A stretch of 64,000 nucleotides of DNA. Origin: Gemmatimonadales bacterium (GTDB taxonomy: Bacteria > Gemmatimonadota > Gemmatimonadetes > Gemmatimonadales > GWC2-71-9). Shown here piece after piece: positions 1 through 9,901 of the stretch (position 1 is its first letter; each line of letters begins with the position of its first letter). A model generated the notes under the pieces. It was not told the DNA's origin, searched no databases, and was given only the letters and a program-made list of their open reading frames with translations. The translations under genes and the position numbers were made by a program. The stretch lies in NCBI GenBank assembly GCA_965249575.1, contig OZ252244.1, positions 3,264,001-3,328,000 of the forward strand, given 5' to 3'.

Positions 1-1989
1 GCGGACCTCGCCGCTAATGGTGATGGTCCGCTGAAAGCCGAAGTCGGGTTGACGGAGAATCGAGATTTCGTCGAACGGCTCGAGCGCGAACTCCGGGGCA
101 CCCGAGGCGCGGGTGGAGAGCCCTGGGAGAAAGCGGTAGGTGGTCGAGTCCCGCTCGAAGAGGTAGGTGGAATCCATGGCGACGCGGAGAGTGAACGCGA
201 GTTGCCCCCCCGACCGGTCAGCTGGGAGACGCGCGACCTCCGCGGTATCTAGGTACGCCCCATCCCGAAGCCCTCGCGCCATCAATACTAAATCCCGTAG
301 AGTCATTCCAGCACGGTACGGGAACCGGCCAGGGTTGTTGACCATGCCCGCGATCCTGACCATCCGCTCTTCGCGGAATTCGTCGCGACCGTAGACGGTC
401 ACGATGTCATATTCCTGGAGCGTCAGGTCGTCGGGGTACGGAGCAAGGCTGTCCGCGGGCAGCTGGACGGGGACGATGTACCTCGTGGAGTCGGTCGGAT
501 GGAGCCGTTCGATGTGGGCTCTTCCAGCGTATACCGCAGGCCGGAAACCGCCGGCGACCTCGATCAGCTGGCTCAGCCGCATGCCGCGCCGCCACCCGTA
601 CACGCCAGGGTGCTGCACGCTACCGTTGAGCTCTACGTAGCGGCCAAAGGAATGGGTGATCTCCCAGACGCGAACCTGATCCCCGCGCTCCATTGGAAAT
701 GGCGGCACGGACCCGTCCGGCTGGAGCGGCACGTCCACGACCATTCGGGCGGGGTCGTTCGCGCGCCGCTGCGCGGCCGGCACGATGCGCGAGATGGTAA
801 GCCGCTGCAGCACGGCGTCGGGCCGGAGACCACCGGCGATTTCCACCAGGTCCCGCAAGGTCTCGTCCGTTCGGAGCCCGAAAATCGCGGAACGGCGCAC
901 CGCACCATCGATGCGCACGCGCTTGTCTAGGATCGGGACGAACACCACGTCACCGGTCTCGAGCCGCGTATCCTGCTCGGCCACCCCGCGTAATAGGTAA
1001 TCGTACAGATCGAGCCGCGCGACCGCCCGATCGCTTCGCCGAATCTCGACGTTTCTGAAGTTCCCGAGCTCGGTGGGTCCCCCCGCCTCGTACAACGCGG
1101 TGAGAGCGGTCCCCACCGCCGGAATCTGATAGCTGCCCGGCCGGGTCACTTCGCCGACCACGTAGACTTGGACCGTCCGCACCCGCGCCACGGTGACCTC
1201 GAAACTCGTCGTGGCCGTTGGCCCGCGCCGGATGCCCGAGTAGACCTGACCGAGCCGGTCGAACAGAAGCGTGCGCAGTTGGTCGAGCGTGAGCGTGTTT
1301 ACGAACAACTGGCCGACCTGCGGGATGACGACGAATCCCTCCCGGTTCACCTCCAAGGTGTGAGCCAACTCGACGTGACCCGTGAGAATCAGGACCAGAA
1401 CGTCACCCGGTCCCAGGCGGTATCTCTCATCGACCGGCCCGGCGAGCGAGGGCTGGAACTCGGAACTGACCCGTCGGAAGACGCTGAGGCCGAACACCGG
1501 CAACGCCGGAACAGAATCAAATAACCCGAGCGAATCGGCTCGAAGGGAATCGCGCACCACGCTATCCAACGCCGTGACCAACGTGGAGTCGCCCTGGATC
1601 GTCGTCGACACGCCTCCGAGTCCGAGCAGCGCCAGCGCCCGCAGCACGTCGCTCCCCGGCTCGGCAGTCAGCTCCGTGTCTGCCTGGAGATACTGATCCA
1701 GCAACGTGGTTGGGTAGCCGAGGGCCTGCAATTGGGTGCGGATCTGGCTCTCCGTGAGGCCGGACTGGCTGATACGCTGTCGCACCAGCTCCGCGAGTCC
1801 CACATCCTCCTGGAGGCGTTGCTGGACTTCTGCCGCGGTTGGCTGCTGACCGGCCAGGCGGCTCGCCTGGACGGACAGTGCCAAGATCGCAAACGCGGCA
1901 ACGACGGCGCCGGCACGCAGGAATCGCCTGGTGGGCAGGGCCGCCAAGGCCCTTCTCTGCAAAACTTGCGACGACAATGGCTTAGGCAT
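1..1989 (-). CDS. SLBB-domain polysaccharide export protein (Wza/KpsD-like), 3' end runs off window
   Basis: Manual translation from ATG at 1989: MPKPLSS...AFAILALSVQA signal-like segment, then GPVDERYRLGPGDVLVLILTG, VYVVGEVTRPGSY, ETGDVVFVP SLBB repeats; absent from the ORF track because it is open to position 1. Confidence 0.85.
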   Translation of the reverse strand, partial: MPKPLSSQVLQRRALAALPTRRFLRAGAVVAAFAILALSVQASRLAGQQPTAAEVQQRLQEDVGLAELVRQRISQSGLTESQIRTQLQALGYPTTLLDQYLQADTELTAEPGSDVLRALALLGLGGVSTTIQGDSTLVTALDSVVRDSLRADSLGLFDSVPALPVFGLSVFRRVSSEFQPSLAGPVDERYRLGPGDVLVLILTGHVELAHTLEVNREGFVVIPQVGQLFVNTLTLDQLRTLLFDRLGQVYSGIRRGPTATTSFEVTVARVRTVQVYVVGEVTRPGSYQIPAVGTALTALYEAGGPTELGNFRNVEIRRSDRAVARLDLYDYLLRGVAEQDTRLETGDVVFVPILDKRVRIDGAVRRSAIFGLRTDETLRDLVEIAGGLRPDAVLQRLTISRIVPAAQRRANDPARMVVDVPLQPDGSVPPFPMERGDQVRVWEITHSFGRYVELNGSVQHPGVYGWRRGMRLSQLIEVAGGFRPAVYAGRAHIERLHPTDSTRYIVPVQLPADSLAPYPDDLTLQEYDIVTVYGRDEFREERMVRIAGMVNNPGRFPYRAGMTLRDLVLMARGLRDGAYLDTAEVARLPADRSGGQLAFTLRVAMDSTYLFERDSTTYRFLPGLSTRASGAPEFALEPFDEISILRQPDFGFQRTITISGEVR

Positions 1990-2054
1990 AATGGGGCCAA
2001 AGATGGAACGACGTGCCGCGCAGGTCAAGCGTCGCCGGCCGTGGCGCGCGTCTG

Positions 2055-2561
2055 TCATTCGAGCACGTACGGTGATCCGTCCTCCCCCTCGTGCCGAATC
2101 TCATCGACTGCTTCCTTTCGCCGGTGACCACCGAACAAGCGATTCGGCGCGTTGAAGACCAGTCCGTCCGCATCGCCTACGTTCTGATACGCGTGGACTA
2201 CCCCGGGGGGTACGACGACGCGCAACGGCTGCCCGAGCTCGGCGAAGACGATCTGTCGATTGCCTTGGGTGCGGGAGCCAGGCCGTGCATCCCAGAGGTA
2301 GATCTTGAAGCGCGTCGATCCGACAAAGACGAAGTTGTCAGTCTGATCGCGGTGCTCGTGCGGTCCGCGGGTCACCCCTGGGCGGGTGAGCGAGAGGTAG
2401 CACATCGGCGGCGCCAGGTCCGATGGTAGCTCATCCGACCGGAACCCCTCGAGGAGCCAGCCTCTGGCGTCCTCGTGCTTCGCCACCTGATCGACTGCGA
2501 CGCCGTCGACGTCACCCGGAGTGAATATGGTCCCGTCCACGCTTCGCTCCGCGGTCGACAT
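2055..2561 (-). CDS. rmlC: dTDP-4-dehydrorhamnose 3,5-epimerase family
   Basis: DARGWLLE, TRPGVTRGPHEH, VPPGVVHAY cupin motifs; in rml operon. Confidence 0.9.
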   Translation of the reverse strand: MSTAERSVDGTIFTPGDVDGVAVDQVAKHEDARGWLLEGFRSDELPSDLAPPMCYLSLTRPGVTRGPHEHRDQTDNFVFVGSTRFKIYLWDARPGSRTQGNRQIVFAELGQPLRVVVPPGVVHAYQNVGDADGLVFNAPNRLFGGHRRKEAVDEIRHEGEDGSPYVLE

Positions 2562-3429
2562 CGGCTTGTAACCGGTCGAGGAATCGAGTCAGCGCCGCTT
2601 CCCACGGTGGGAGTGGCTCTCCAGCGATCGCTTCGAATCGCGCGGTGTCGAGCACGGCTCGGGCCGGCCGCCGCGCCGGCGTAGGGTAGTCCGCCGTTTG
2701 ACTTGGCTCGAGCTGGGCCTGCGCCCCCGCGCGGGCAAAAACGCGTCGCGCGACCCCGTACCAGGTGGTGACGCCGGTGTTCGCGACGTGCAGGACGAGG
2801 CGCCGCACGTTCGAACGCCAGTTGTCCGTCTCACTGCCACTACCGAGCAGCTTCCAGGTGGCCCGTGCCAGATCGGCCGTGAACGTGGGGCGTCCGTACT
2901 GGTCGTTCACGACACGCGTTTGCTGCCCGGCCGCCGCCCGTTCCCACATCGTTCGGGGAAACGAGCGCCCATTCGTACCGAAGAGCCACTGGGAGCGGAT
3001 GATGAGATAATCCGCTCCGCTCTCTTGTAATTCGCGCTCGCCGGCCAGCTTCGACGCGCCATATACGCTGAGGGGATTGGGCTCGGCGTCTTCGTCATAT
3101 GGCTCGCTGGCTCGGCCGTCGAAGACGTAATCCGTGCCGAAGTGCACGACACCCGCCCCAATCGCCGCCGCCGCCTTGCCGATCATGCCGACCGCGCGGC
3201 CGTTGACGGCGAAGGCGCGCTCACGCTCCCGCTCCGCCAGATCGACCTGCGTATAGGCCGCGGCGTTGATCACGACGTCCGGCGCTGCGCGCGCGATCAC
3301 GTCCCCGACCCGTTGATCTGTGATGTCGATTTCGTGGGCGCTTCGCGCCACGACCTCTACGATCTCCGGCTTTTCCCCGACCAGGTCGCGGGCCAACATG
3401 CCACCAGCTCCGAACAAGAGGACGCGCAT
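2512..3429 (-). CDS. rmlD: dTDP-4-dehydrorhamnose reductase
   Basis: GAGGMLA, INAAAYTQVD, TDYVFDG, YGASK, DQYGRPT. Confidence 0.95.
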   Translation of the reverse strand: MRVLLFGAGGMLARDLVGEKPEIVEVVARSAHEIDITDQRVGDVIARAAPDVVINAAAYTQVDLAERERERAFAVNGRAVGMIGKAAAAIGAGVVHFGTDYVFDGRASEPYDEDAEPNPLSVYGASKLAGERELQESGADYLIIRSQWLFGTNGRSFPRTMWERAAAGQQTRVVNDQYGRPTFTADLARATWKLLGSGSETDNWRSNVRRLVLHVANTGVTTWYGVARRVFARAGAQAQLEPSQTADYPTPARRPARAVLDTARFEAIAGEPLPPWEAALTRFLDRLQADVDRGAKRGRDHIHSG

Positions 3430-3434
3430 TTGGG

Positions 3435-4538
3435 TTAGCCCCGGTCCAAGTACATCGAAGACGCGGTTCGATAGGCCTCACTGAGCACCCTCTCCCACCA
3501 ACCGCTGTGTTCCTGATACCACGCGACCGTGGCCGCGAGGCCCTCGGCCAGGCCGTAGCGGGGCGCCCAGCCCAGTTCGCGCCGGATACGACCGATGTCC
3601 ATAGCGTATCGCCGGTCGTGTCCGGGGCGGTCTGTCACGTGCTCGATGAGCGATTCCGGCTTGTCGAGGAGGTCGAGCAACTGCCTGACCACGGCGATAT
3701 TCGCTGCCTCCGACTCACCGCCGACGTTGTAGGTCTGCCCCGGCCGACCACGAGCGAGAACAGCCCAGAGCGCCTCGGCATGGTCGTCGACGAAGAGCCA
3801 ATCCCGCACCTGGAGCCCGTCCCCGTACACCGGAAGTGACTCATCCCGGAGTGCGCGGGTAATCATCAGGGGAATGAGCTTCTCGGGGAATTGGTAGGGG
3901 CCATAGTTGTTCGAGCAGCGCGTGATGATAGCCGGGAGCCCGAATGTCTCACCGTAGGCCCGAACCAGAAGATCCGAGCCGGCCTTGCTGGCTGAGTAGG
4001 GGCTGTTTGGAGCGAGCGGAGACTGCTCGGTGAACGCTGGATCGGTGGGGCCGAGCGATCCATAGACTTCATCCGTACTGACGTGAACGAACACGAAACG
4101 CGGCGGTTGCTCGCCAAAGACGGCCCGGCAGCTCTCCAGCAGTGTGAGGGTTCCTTGCACGTTTGTATCCACGAAGACCGCCGGACCGAGGATCGACCGG
4201 TCGACGTGCGATTCGGCGGCGAAATGGACGACTGCGGCCGGATGGCTGTCGGAGGCGGCACCCGGATGCGTGCCCTCGAGGATACTGCACAACAGCTCGA
4301 AGTCGCGGATGTCCCCGTGCACGAACGCGTATCGGCCTTCACCCGCCGGGCCGAACCGGGCGTCGACGTCGTGCAGGCTCTCGAGATTACCCGCATACGT
4401 CAGCAGATCGAGGTTCGTTATCCGCACTTGGGGAACGTGCTCGAATACCCATCGAATGAAGTTCGATCCGATGAACCCGGCGCCTCCCGTCACGAGCAAG
4501 ACTTTGGCATCTCGATCGTCGCGGCGGCTGGTCGCCAC
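3435..4538 (-). CDS. rmlB: dTDP-glucose 4,6-dehydratase
   Basis: TGGAGFIGSN, HFAAESHVDRS, STDEVYG, YSASK, DRPGHDRRY. Confidence 0.95.
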   Translation of the reverse strand: MATSRRDDRDAKVLLVTGGAGFIGSNFIRWVFEHVPQVRITNLDLLTYAGNLESLHDVDARFGPAGEGRYAFVHGDIRDFELLCSILEGTHPGAASDSHPAAVVHFAAESHVDRSILGPAVFVDTNVQGTLTLLESCRAVFGEQPPRFVFVHVSTDEVYGSLGPTDPAFTEQSPLAPNSPYSASKAGSDLLVRAYGETFGLPAIITRCSNNYGPYQFPEKLIPLMITRALRDESLPVYGDGLQVRDWLFVDDHAEALWAVLARGRPGQTYNVGGESEAANIAVVRQLLDLLDKPESLIEHVTDRPGHDRRYAMDIGRIRRELGWAPRYGLAEGLAATVAWYQEHSGWWERVLSEAYRTASSMYLDRG

Positions 4539-4558
4539 GCCCGCGTTGGCGCCGGCCG

Positions 4559-5632
4559 TCAGAACTCCACCTCGGAGTCGTCACCGAGGTGGAGTCGCAG
4601 TACGCCGGTTGCGCCGTTGCTTCGCACGATCGCATGGCGGCCTATGAGGCTGTCCTCGATCCGGTCGACCCCGAGGATGCGACAGGAGTCGAGCAGCACT
4701 GCATGCTGAATCGTCGTCCCGGTGATCACAGAACCGTCCCCGATGCTCGTGAACGGGCCAATGTCGCTGTCTTTCAGGCGGCACGCGGTGCCGATGGTGA
4801 CGGGTCCGCGAATGCGGCAGCCTCGAACGGTCGTGCCCGCGCCGATTTGCACGCGCCCCTGGACGTCGCTCTGATCGTCCACGTCCCCCCGCACATCGCG
4901 AGTGCCCCACGAATCCAGGACCGTGGTGTTTGCCGCGAGGAGATCGTCCTTCTTCCCTGTGTCGAGCCACCATCCTTCGACGACGCGGCTCTCGACGCGC
5001 GCGCCGGTGTCGAGCAGCACCTGAATCGCGTCAGTGATTTCCAGTTCGCCCCGCGGCGACGGCCGGATCTGTTCGATGGCCCGGTGAATCGCGCCGGTAA
5101 AGAAGTAAACGCCCACCAGCGCCAGGCGGGAGGGTGGATCTGCCGGCTTTTCCACCAATCCCGTGACCTGACCGGCATCATCGATGGTGGCGATGCCGAA
5201 GTCCTGGGGGTTGTTGACCTCTTTGAGCAGGATCATGGCGGCGGCGCCACTAGCCAGAAACGCCTCCGCGTAGTCGGTGATGCGTGAGCCAATGAGGTTA
5301 TCGCCGAGATACATCACAAACGGAGAGGTGCCGAGAAACTTGCCGGCGGTCTGGACCGCGTGCGCGAGGCCTCCGGGCCGATCTTGCTCGATCCACGTCA
5401 CGGCGATCCGGAAGCGATTCCCGTCGCCCACTGCGGCCCGGATTGCCGGTCCCGTATCTGGCGAAACCACGATGCCAACCTCGGTCACACCCGCGGCAGC
5501 GAGATTCTCGAGGACAAAGAACAGGATAGGCTTATTTGCAACCGGAACGAGCTGTTTGGCCGCGGTGTGCGTAATCGGCCGCAGGCGGGTACCCTTTCCG
5601 CCACTCAAGACCAGGCCCTTCAGTCCGGTCAT
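4559..5632 (-). CDS. rmlA: glucose-1-phosphate thymidylyltransferase (long form)
   Basis: GGKGTRLRPITHTAAKQLVPVANKP, RGELEITD, hexapeptide C-terminus; start placed at MTGLKG. Confidence 0.92.
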   Translation of the reverse strand: MTGLKGLVLSGGKGTRLRPITHTAAKQLVPVANKPILFFVLENLAAAGVTEVGIVVSPDTGPAIRAAVGDGNRFRIAVTWIEQDRPGGLAHAVQTAGKFLGTSPFVMYLGDNLIGSRITDYAEAFLASGAAAMILLKEVNNPQDFGIATIDDAGQVTGLVEKPADPPSRLALVGVYFFTGAIHRAIEQIRPSPRGELEITDAIQVLLDTGARVESRVVEGWWLDTGKKDDLLAANTTVLDSWGTRDVRGDVDDQSDVQGRVQIGAGTTVRGCRIRGPVTIGTACRLKDSDIGPFTSIGDGSVITGTTIQHAVLLDSCRILGVDRIEDSLIGRHAIVRSNGATGVLRLHLGDDSEVEF

Positions 5633-5814
5633 TCCAGCTCCGCGGGGTTGTGTCCGGCAAATACTGGACGATTCGTTCGGTGGCGAGGGCAAGTTGACCA
5701 GGGGTCGGAGCGAGGTCAAGAAGGTGTTCGGCTCGCGCAGCCGTCGGGTCGGGACGGGGGGCGGCTGGCCTATCGCCCTGTCATGCGTTAGCTTAGCTCG
5801 GTTTTAGGCCGAGA

Positions 5815-6963
5815 GTGAACCCAATCGCACGCATGATCGAGCTGCAACCGCCGGCGGAGCGCGTCATCCTGGTTGGCGCTCCTAGGCGTGGCACGGACGA
5901 TGCTGCACACCGCATCGAGCACCTTGAGGAGCTTGAGCGCCTCACCGATACCGCGGGTGGCGTGGTTGTAGGTCGGCTCAGCCAACCCCTCCACGCCCCA
6001 AGCGCCAGTCTCTACCTGGGCAAAGGGAAGGTCGAACAACTCCGGGAGCTGGTCGTGTCGACCAGAGCGTCTCTCGTGGTGTTCGATGAGGCGCTTTCAC
6101 CGGCGCAAGGGAAAAACCTCGAGTCGAAGCTCGAGTCGAGGGTCATGGATCGGGCGGAGTTGATCCTAGACATTTTTGCGAGGCGGGCGAAGACAAAGGA
6201 AGCCAAGATGCAGGTGGAGTTGGCCCAGCTGGAATACCTCCTGCCACGCCTGGCGAGAATGTGGGTCCACCTCTCACGCATTCGAGGCGGCATCGGACTG
6301 CGCGGTCCGGGTGAGACGCAGCTCGAGACGGACCGGCGAATGATTCGCCGAAAGATTGGCCGGCTGAAGGCCAAGCTCGAGCGGGTGGCGGCTCACCGAG
6401 AACTGATCCGCGCGGGGCGGCGGGGCGTGCTGACCGCGGCGCTGGTGGGGTATACGAATGCCGGTAAGTCAAGTCTTCTCAAGGCGTTAACCGGGGCCGA
6501 CGTGGTGGTAGAAGACCGGCTGTTCGCCACGCTGGACACGTTGGTGCGCGAGGTTGATCTGGGTCACATGCGAAGGGCCCGACTGGTCGATACCGTTGGG
6601 TTCATTCGGAAGTTGCCGCACCACCTGGTCGCCAGCTTCCGCGCCACGCTCGAGGAGGCGGTTGGAGCGGATGTCCTCCTCCATGTTATCGATGCCTCGC
6701 ACCCGCAGTGGGAGGTGCAGATGGGAGTGGTCGACAACGTGCTCGCAGAGCTGGACCTTAACGGGCGGCCGGTGATCCACGTCTTCAACAAGCTGGACCT
6801 CGTCGATGCGCCAGTGGCATTCATGAAGCGCGCGCGCGCACTGAACCCAACGGCGGTTGGAACGACGCTCCGGGGCAGGACCACCGGCATCGAGGAGTTA
6901 CGGATGGTGCTCGCCAACCTCGCCGAGAGACGGAAGCGAGAGGTCGTGAGGGCGGTCGGATGA
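5815..6963 (+). CDS. hflX: ribosome-splitting GTPase HflX
   Basis: GPGETQLETDRR, GYTNAGKS, LFATLD, DTVGFI, NKLD. Confidence 0.95.
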   Translation: MNPIARMIELQPPAERVILVGAPRRGTDDAAHRIEHLEELERLTDTAGGVVVGRLSQPLHAPSASLYLGKGKVEQLRELVVSTRASLVVFDEALSPAQGKNLESKLESRVMDRAELILDIFARRAKTKEAKMQVELAQLEYLLPRLARMWVHLSRIRGGIGLRGPGETQLETDRRMIRRKIGRLKAKLERVAAHRELIRAGRRGVLTAALVGYTNAGKSSLLKALTGADVVVEDRLFATLDTLVREVDLGHMRRARLVDTVGFIRKLPHHLVASFRATLEEAVGADVLLHVIDASHPQWEVQMGVVDNVLAELDLNGRPVIHVFNKLDLVDAPVAFMKRARALNPTAVGTTLRGRTTGIEELRMVLANLAERRKREVVRAVG

Positions 6964-6979
6964 ACGGATTGGAGAACGC

Positions 6980-7957
6980 GTGAGGTATCTCATCACGGGC
7001 GGCGCCGGCTTCATCGGCTCGCACCTGGCGGACGCCCTTTTGGGTCGGGGAGACAGCGTCATCGTGCTCGACGACCTTTCGACGGGTTCCATCCGCAATG
7101 TGGCCCATCTCAAGAAACACCCGAGATTCGAATACGTCATCAAGTCGATGACCGACTCGTCGCTGCTTTCCGAACTGGTCGATGCTGCGGACCAGGTCTT
7201 TCACCTGGCCGCGGCGGTGGGAGTGCGGCTCATCGTGGAGAGCCCCGTGCGGACCATCGAGTCCAACATCGGTCTGACCGAGTTGGTCATGGCCGCCGCG
7301 GAGAAGAAGCGCAAGAAGGTCCTCATTGCGTCTTCGTCGGAGGTGTACGGCAAGAGCAAGGCGGTGCCGTTTCGCGAGGACGGCGATCTGGTCATGGGAG
7401 CCACCACGAGGGGACGCTGGAGCTATGCTTGCTCCAAGGCGATCGATGAGTTCCTGGCCATCGCGTACTGGCGGGAACGCAAATGCCCGACCGTCATCTC
7501 TCGATTCTTCAATACCGTTGGCCCCAGGCAAACCGGTCAGTATGGAATGGTCGTTCCTCGGTTCGTTAGCCAGGCCCTGAAAGGGGAGCCCATGACGGTC
7601 TACGGCGACGGCCAGCAGAGCCGGTGCTTCACGCACGTGACCGACGCGGTGCGCGGGGCCATGGGGATCATGGACTCAGACGTGACGGTCGGTGAGGTAT
7701 ACAACATCGGAGGCCAGCAGGAGATCCGGATCGTCGATCTCGCCGAGCAGATCAGAGCCATGACGAGATCCGAATCGGACATTCGCTTCATTCCCTACGA
7801 AAAGGCGTTCGGCGAGAACTTCGAGGACATGCCCCGACGGGTGCCGAGCCTCGACAAGATCCACGCCGCGATTGGATACGAGGCCACCGTGGCGCTGCCC
7901 GAGATTCTGGAATCTGTGATTTCTGAGCAGCGCGCGCTGCACTCGACCCCCGCGTGA
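6980..7957 (+). CDS. NAD-dependent nucleotide-sugar epimerase/dehydratase
   Basis: TGGAGFIGSH, SSSEVYG, YACSK. Confidence 0.9.
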   Translation: MRYLITGGAGFIGSHLADALLGRGDSVIVLDDLSTGSIRNVAHLKKHPRFEYVIKSMTDSSLLSELVDAADQVFHLAAAVGVRLIVESPVRTIESNIGLTELVMAAAEKKRKKVLIASSSEVYGKSKAVPFREDGDLVMGATTRGRWSYACSKAIDEFLAIAYWRERKCPTVISRFFNTVGPRQTGQYGMVVPRFVSQALKGEPMTVYGDGQQSRCFTHVTDAVRGAMGIMDSDVTVGEVYNIGGQQEIRIVDLAEQIRAMTRSESDIRFIPYEKAFGENFEDMPRRVPSLDKIHAAIGYEATVALPEILESVISEQRALHSTPA

Positions 7958-9843
7958 CCGAGCTCGGCGCGTTGTACGGGTTGATCGTGGCTGGCGCCGC
8001 GTTCGCCGCGGCGGTTGGCCTGACGCCGGTCGCCCGCGCGGTGGCTCATCGCACGGGGTTGGTCTCCGTGCCGTCGGCCGACCGGTGGCATGTGGGCGCC
8101 ACGGCGCTCCTCGGGGGTGTCGCGCTCTTCGGCGCGACGCTCGGGGTGGCCGGCTTGGCACTGGTGGCGCTTCCCGATACGGGGATGGGGCGGATTCTGA
8201 GCGGTCTCACACCTCCCGTCGTGGGAACGCTGGTCGCGGCGACCTTCATGTTCGCGGTCGGACTCGCGGATGATCTGATGCACCTTAGGCCCCAGGTGAA
8301 GTTCGTCGCCCAGGCGGTGGCGGGCATCGGCCTCGTGAGCAGCGGGGCGATCCTCAACGTTACGCCCTGGTATGCCCCGAACGTGATCGCCACCCTGTTC
8401 TGGTTCATCGCCCTCACCAACGCGTTCAATCTCCTCGACAACATGGATGGCATCGCCGCTGGCGTCGCCGGAGTGGCGGCTGCGTTCCTGGGGGTGGCGT
8501 TCTACCAGCAGGGCGCGTGGGTACATGCGCTCGTTGCCTGGGCGGTGGCCGGGTCCGCTTTCGGCTTCCTGCTCTTCAACTTCCGGCCGGCATCGATCTT
8601 CATGGGCGACGCCGGGAGCTTGTTTCTCGGGGCGCTGATGGCGGGACTCGTCGCGTCGTCACCGACTCCGGTCGCTGCCGGGTTCGTCTGGGCGTTCCTG
8701 GTGCCGGTCTCCATCGTGGCGGTGCCCGTTTTGGATACGGCGCTGGTCACCATCACGCGCACGCTGGCCGGCCGGGCTGTCTCGCAGGGCGGCAGGGATC
8801 ACAGTACGCACCGTCTGGTGGCGCTGGGACTCGAGGAACGACAGGTCGCGCTGGTGCTGTATGGGCTCACAGCGCTGGGCGGCACGGTCGCGCTCCTCAT
8901 GCGGCGGCTCGATACCGGGCTCGGCGGGATGATCGGCGCCGGATTCTTCGTGGCGGTGTGCCTCCTCGCCGCCTATCTGACCCGGGTACAGGTTCACGAT
9001 CGCGCCTACGAGGGACGGGACAAGCCCGTGTCTAAGGTGCTGACCAAGCTGCTCTACAAGCGCCGCCTGGCGGAGATGCTGCTGGACGTCGTGCTCCTCG
9101 CCATCGCCTATTACGGTGCGTACCGCTTGCGTTTCGACGGGGTCCCGCCCGGCGAGTATGCGCAGATTTTCCGCTCGACGGTGGCCATCGTGATCGGCGT
9201 GAAGATCTTCCTGTTCGGCCTGTTCGGCGTCTACCGGGGGTCGTGGCGGTATGTGGGAATCGGCGATCTGCATCGTCTCTTGGGTGCGATTTCCGCGGGC
9301 TACGTGGTCTTCGCGCTGTATGCCTCCGTTCGCGTACCTGCGCTCGCCTTTCCGGGCTCCATCCTGATAATCGACGCCTTGCTGACCGCGGGCCTGGTAC
9401 TGGGTTCTCGCCTCTCGTTCCGGTCGTTCGAGGCGCTCGGACGATTGCTACACGCTGGTAGGGGGGTGGCGATCTACGGAGCTGGGGATGCCGGAGAGCT
9501 GGCCGCCCGGGAGCTGCTGAACAACAAGTCCCTCAAGATGAAACCGGTCTGCTTCTTGGACGACGACTCGAGGAAACACGGCTCGCTGGTCCACGGGATC
9601 CCGGTGGTTGGCGGACTCGACCGAGTGTCGGCCGTGGTGCGACGTTTTGGGGCAGAACTGATTCTCATCAGCACGAGGAAACTCTCGCCGAGAACCATTG
9701 CTCGGGTCCGGGATCTGGCGACCCAGCAGGGCTTGCAAGTCGCCGAGCTGTCCGTCGATGTGCGGACCCTGTCGAGTGAGGCCGACGTCAGCGCGGACCC
9801 ACCGGTTCCGGCGCCGGAGCTTGAGGTGTCGCGGTACTCCTAG
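7954..9843 (+). CDS. MraY/WecA-like polyprenyl-phosphate sugar-1-phosphate transferase fused to a membrane + Rossmann (CoA-binding-like) domain
   Basis: GLADD, NAFNLLDNMDG, FMGDAGS, DHSTHRL; C-terminal GAGDAG and FLDDD. Confidence 0.85.
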   Translation: MTELGALYGLIVAGAAFAAAVGLTPVARAVAHRTGLVSVPSADRWHVGATALLGGVALFGATLGVAGLALVALPDTGMGRILSGLTPPVVGTLVAATFMFAVGLADDLMHLRPQVKFVAQAVAGIGLVSSGAILNVTPWYAPNVIATLFWFIALTNAFNLLDNMDGIAAGVAGVAAAFLGVAFYQQGAWVHALVAWAVAGSAFGFLLFNFRPASIFMGDAGSLFLGALMAGLVASSPTPVAAGFVWAFLVPVSIVAVPVLDTALVTITRTLAGRAVSQGGRDHSTHRLVALGLEERQVALVLYGLTALGGTVALLMRRLDTGLGGMIGAGFFVAVCLLAAYLTRVQVHDRAYEGRDKPVSKVLTKLLYKRRLAEMLLDVVLLAIAYYGAYRLRFDGVPPGEYAQIFRSTVAIVIGVKIFLFGLFGVYRGSWRYVGIGDLHRLLGAISAGYVVFALYASVRVPALAFPGSILIIDALLTAGLVLGSRLSFRSFEALGRLLHAGRGVAIYGAGDAGELAARELLNNKSLKMKPVCFLDDDSRKHGSLVHGIPVVGGLDRVSAVVRRFGAELILISTRKLSPRTIARVRDLATQQGLQVAELSVDVRTLSSEADVSADPPVPAPELEVSRYS

Positions 9844-9901
9844 TGGCGCGTTGGGGTCGAGTCAGGGCACGAGCAACGAAAGCTGGTTACACTCCGCCGC
9901 C

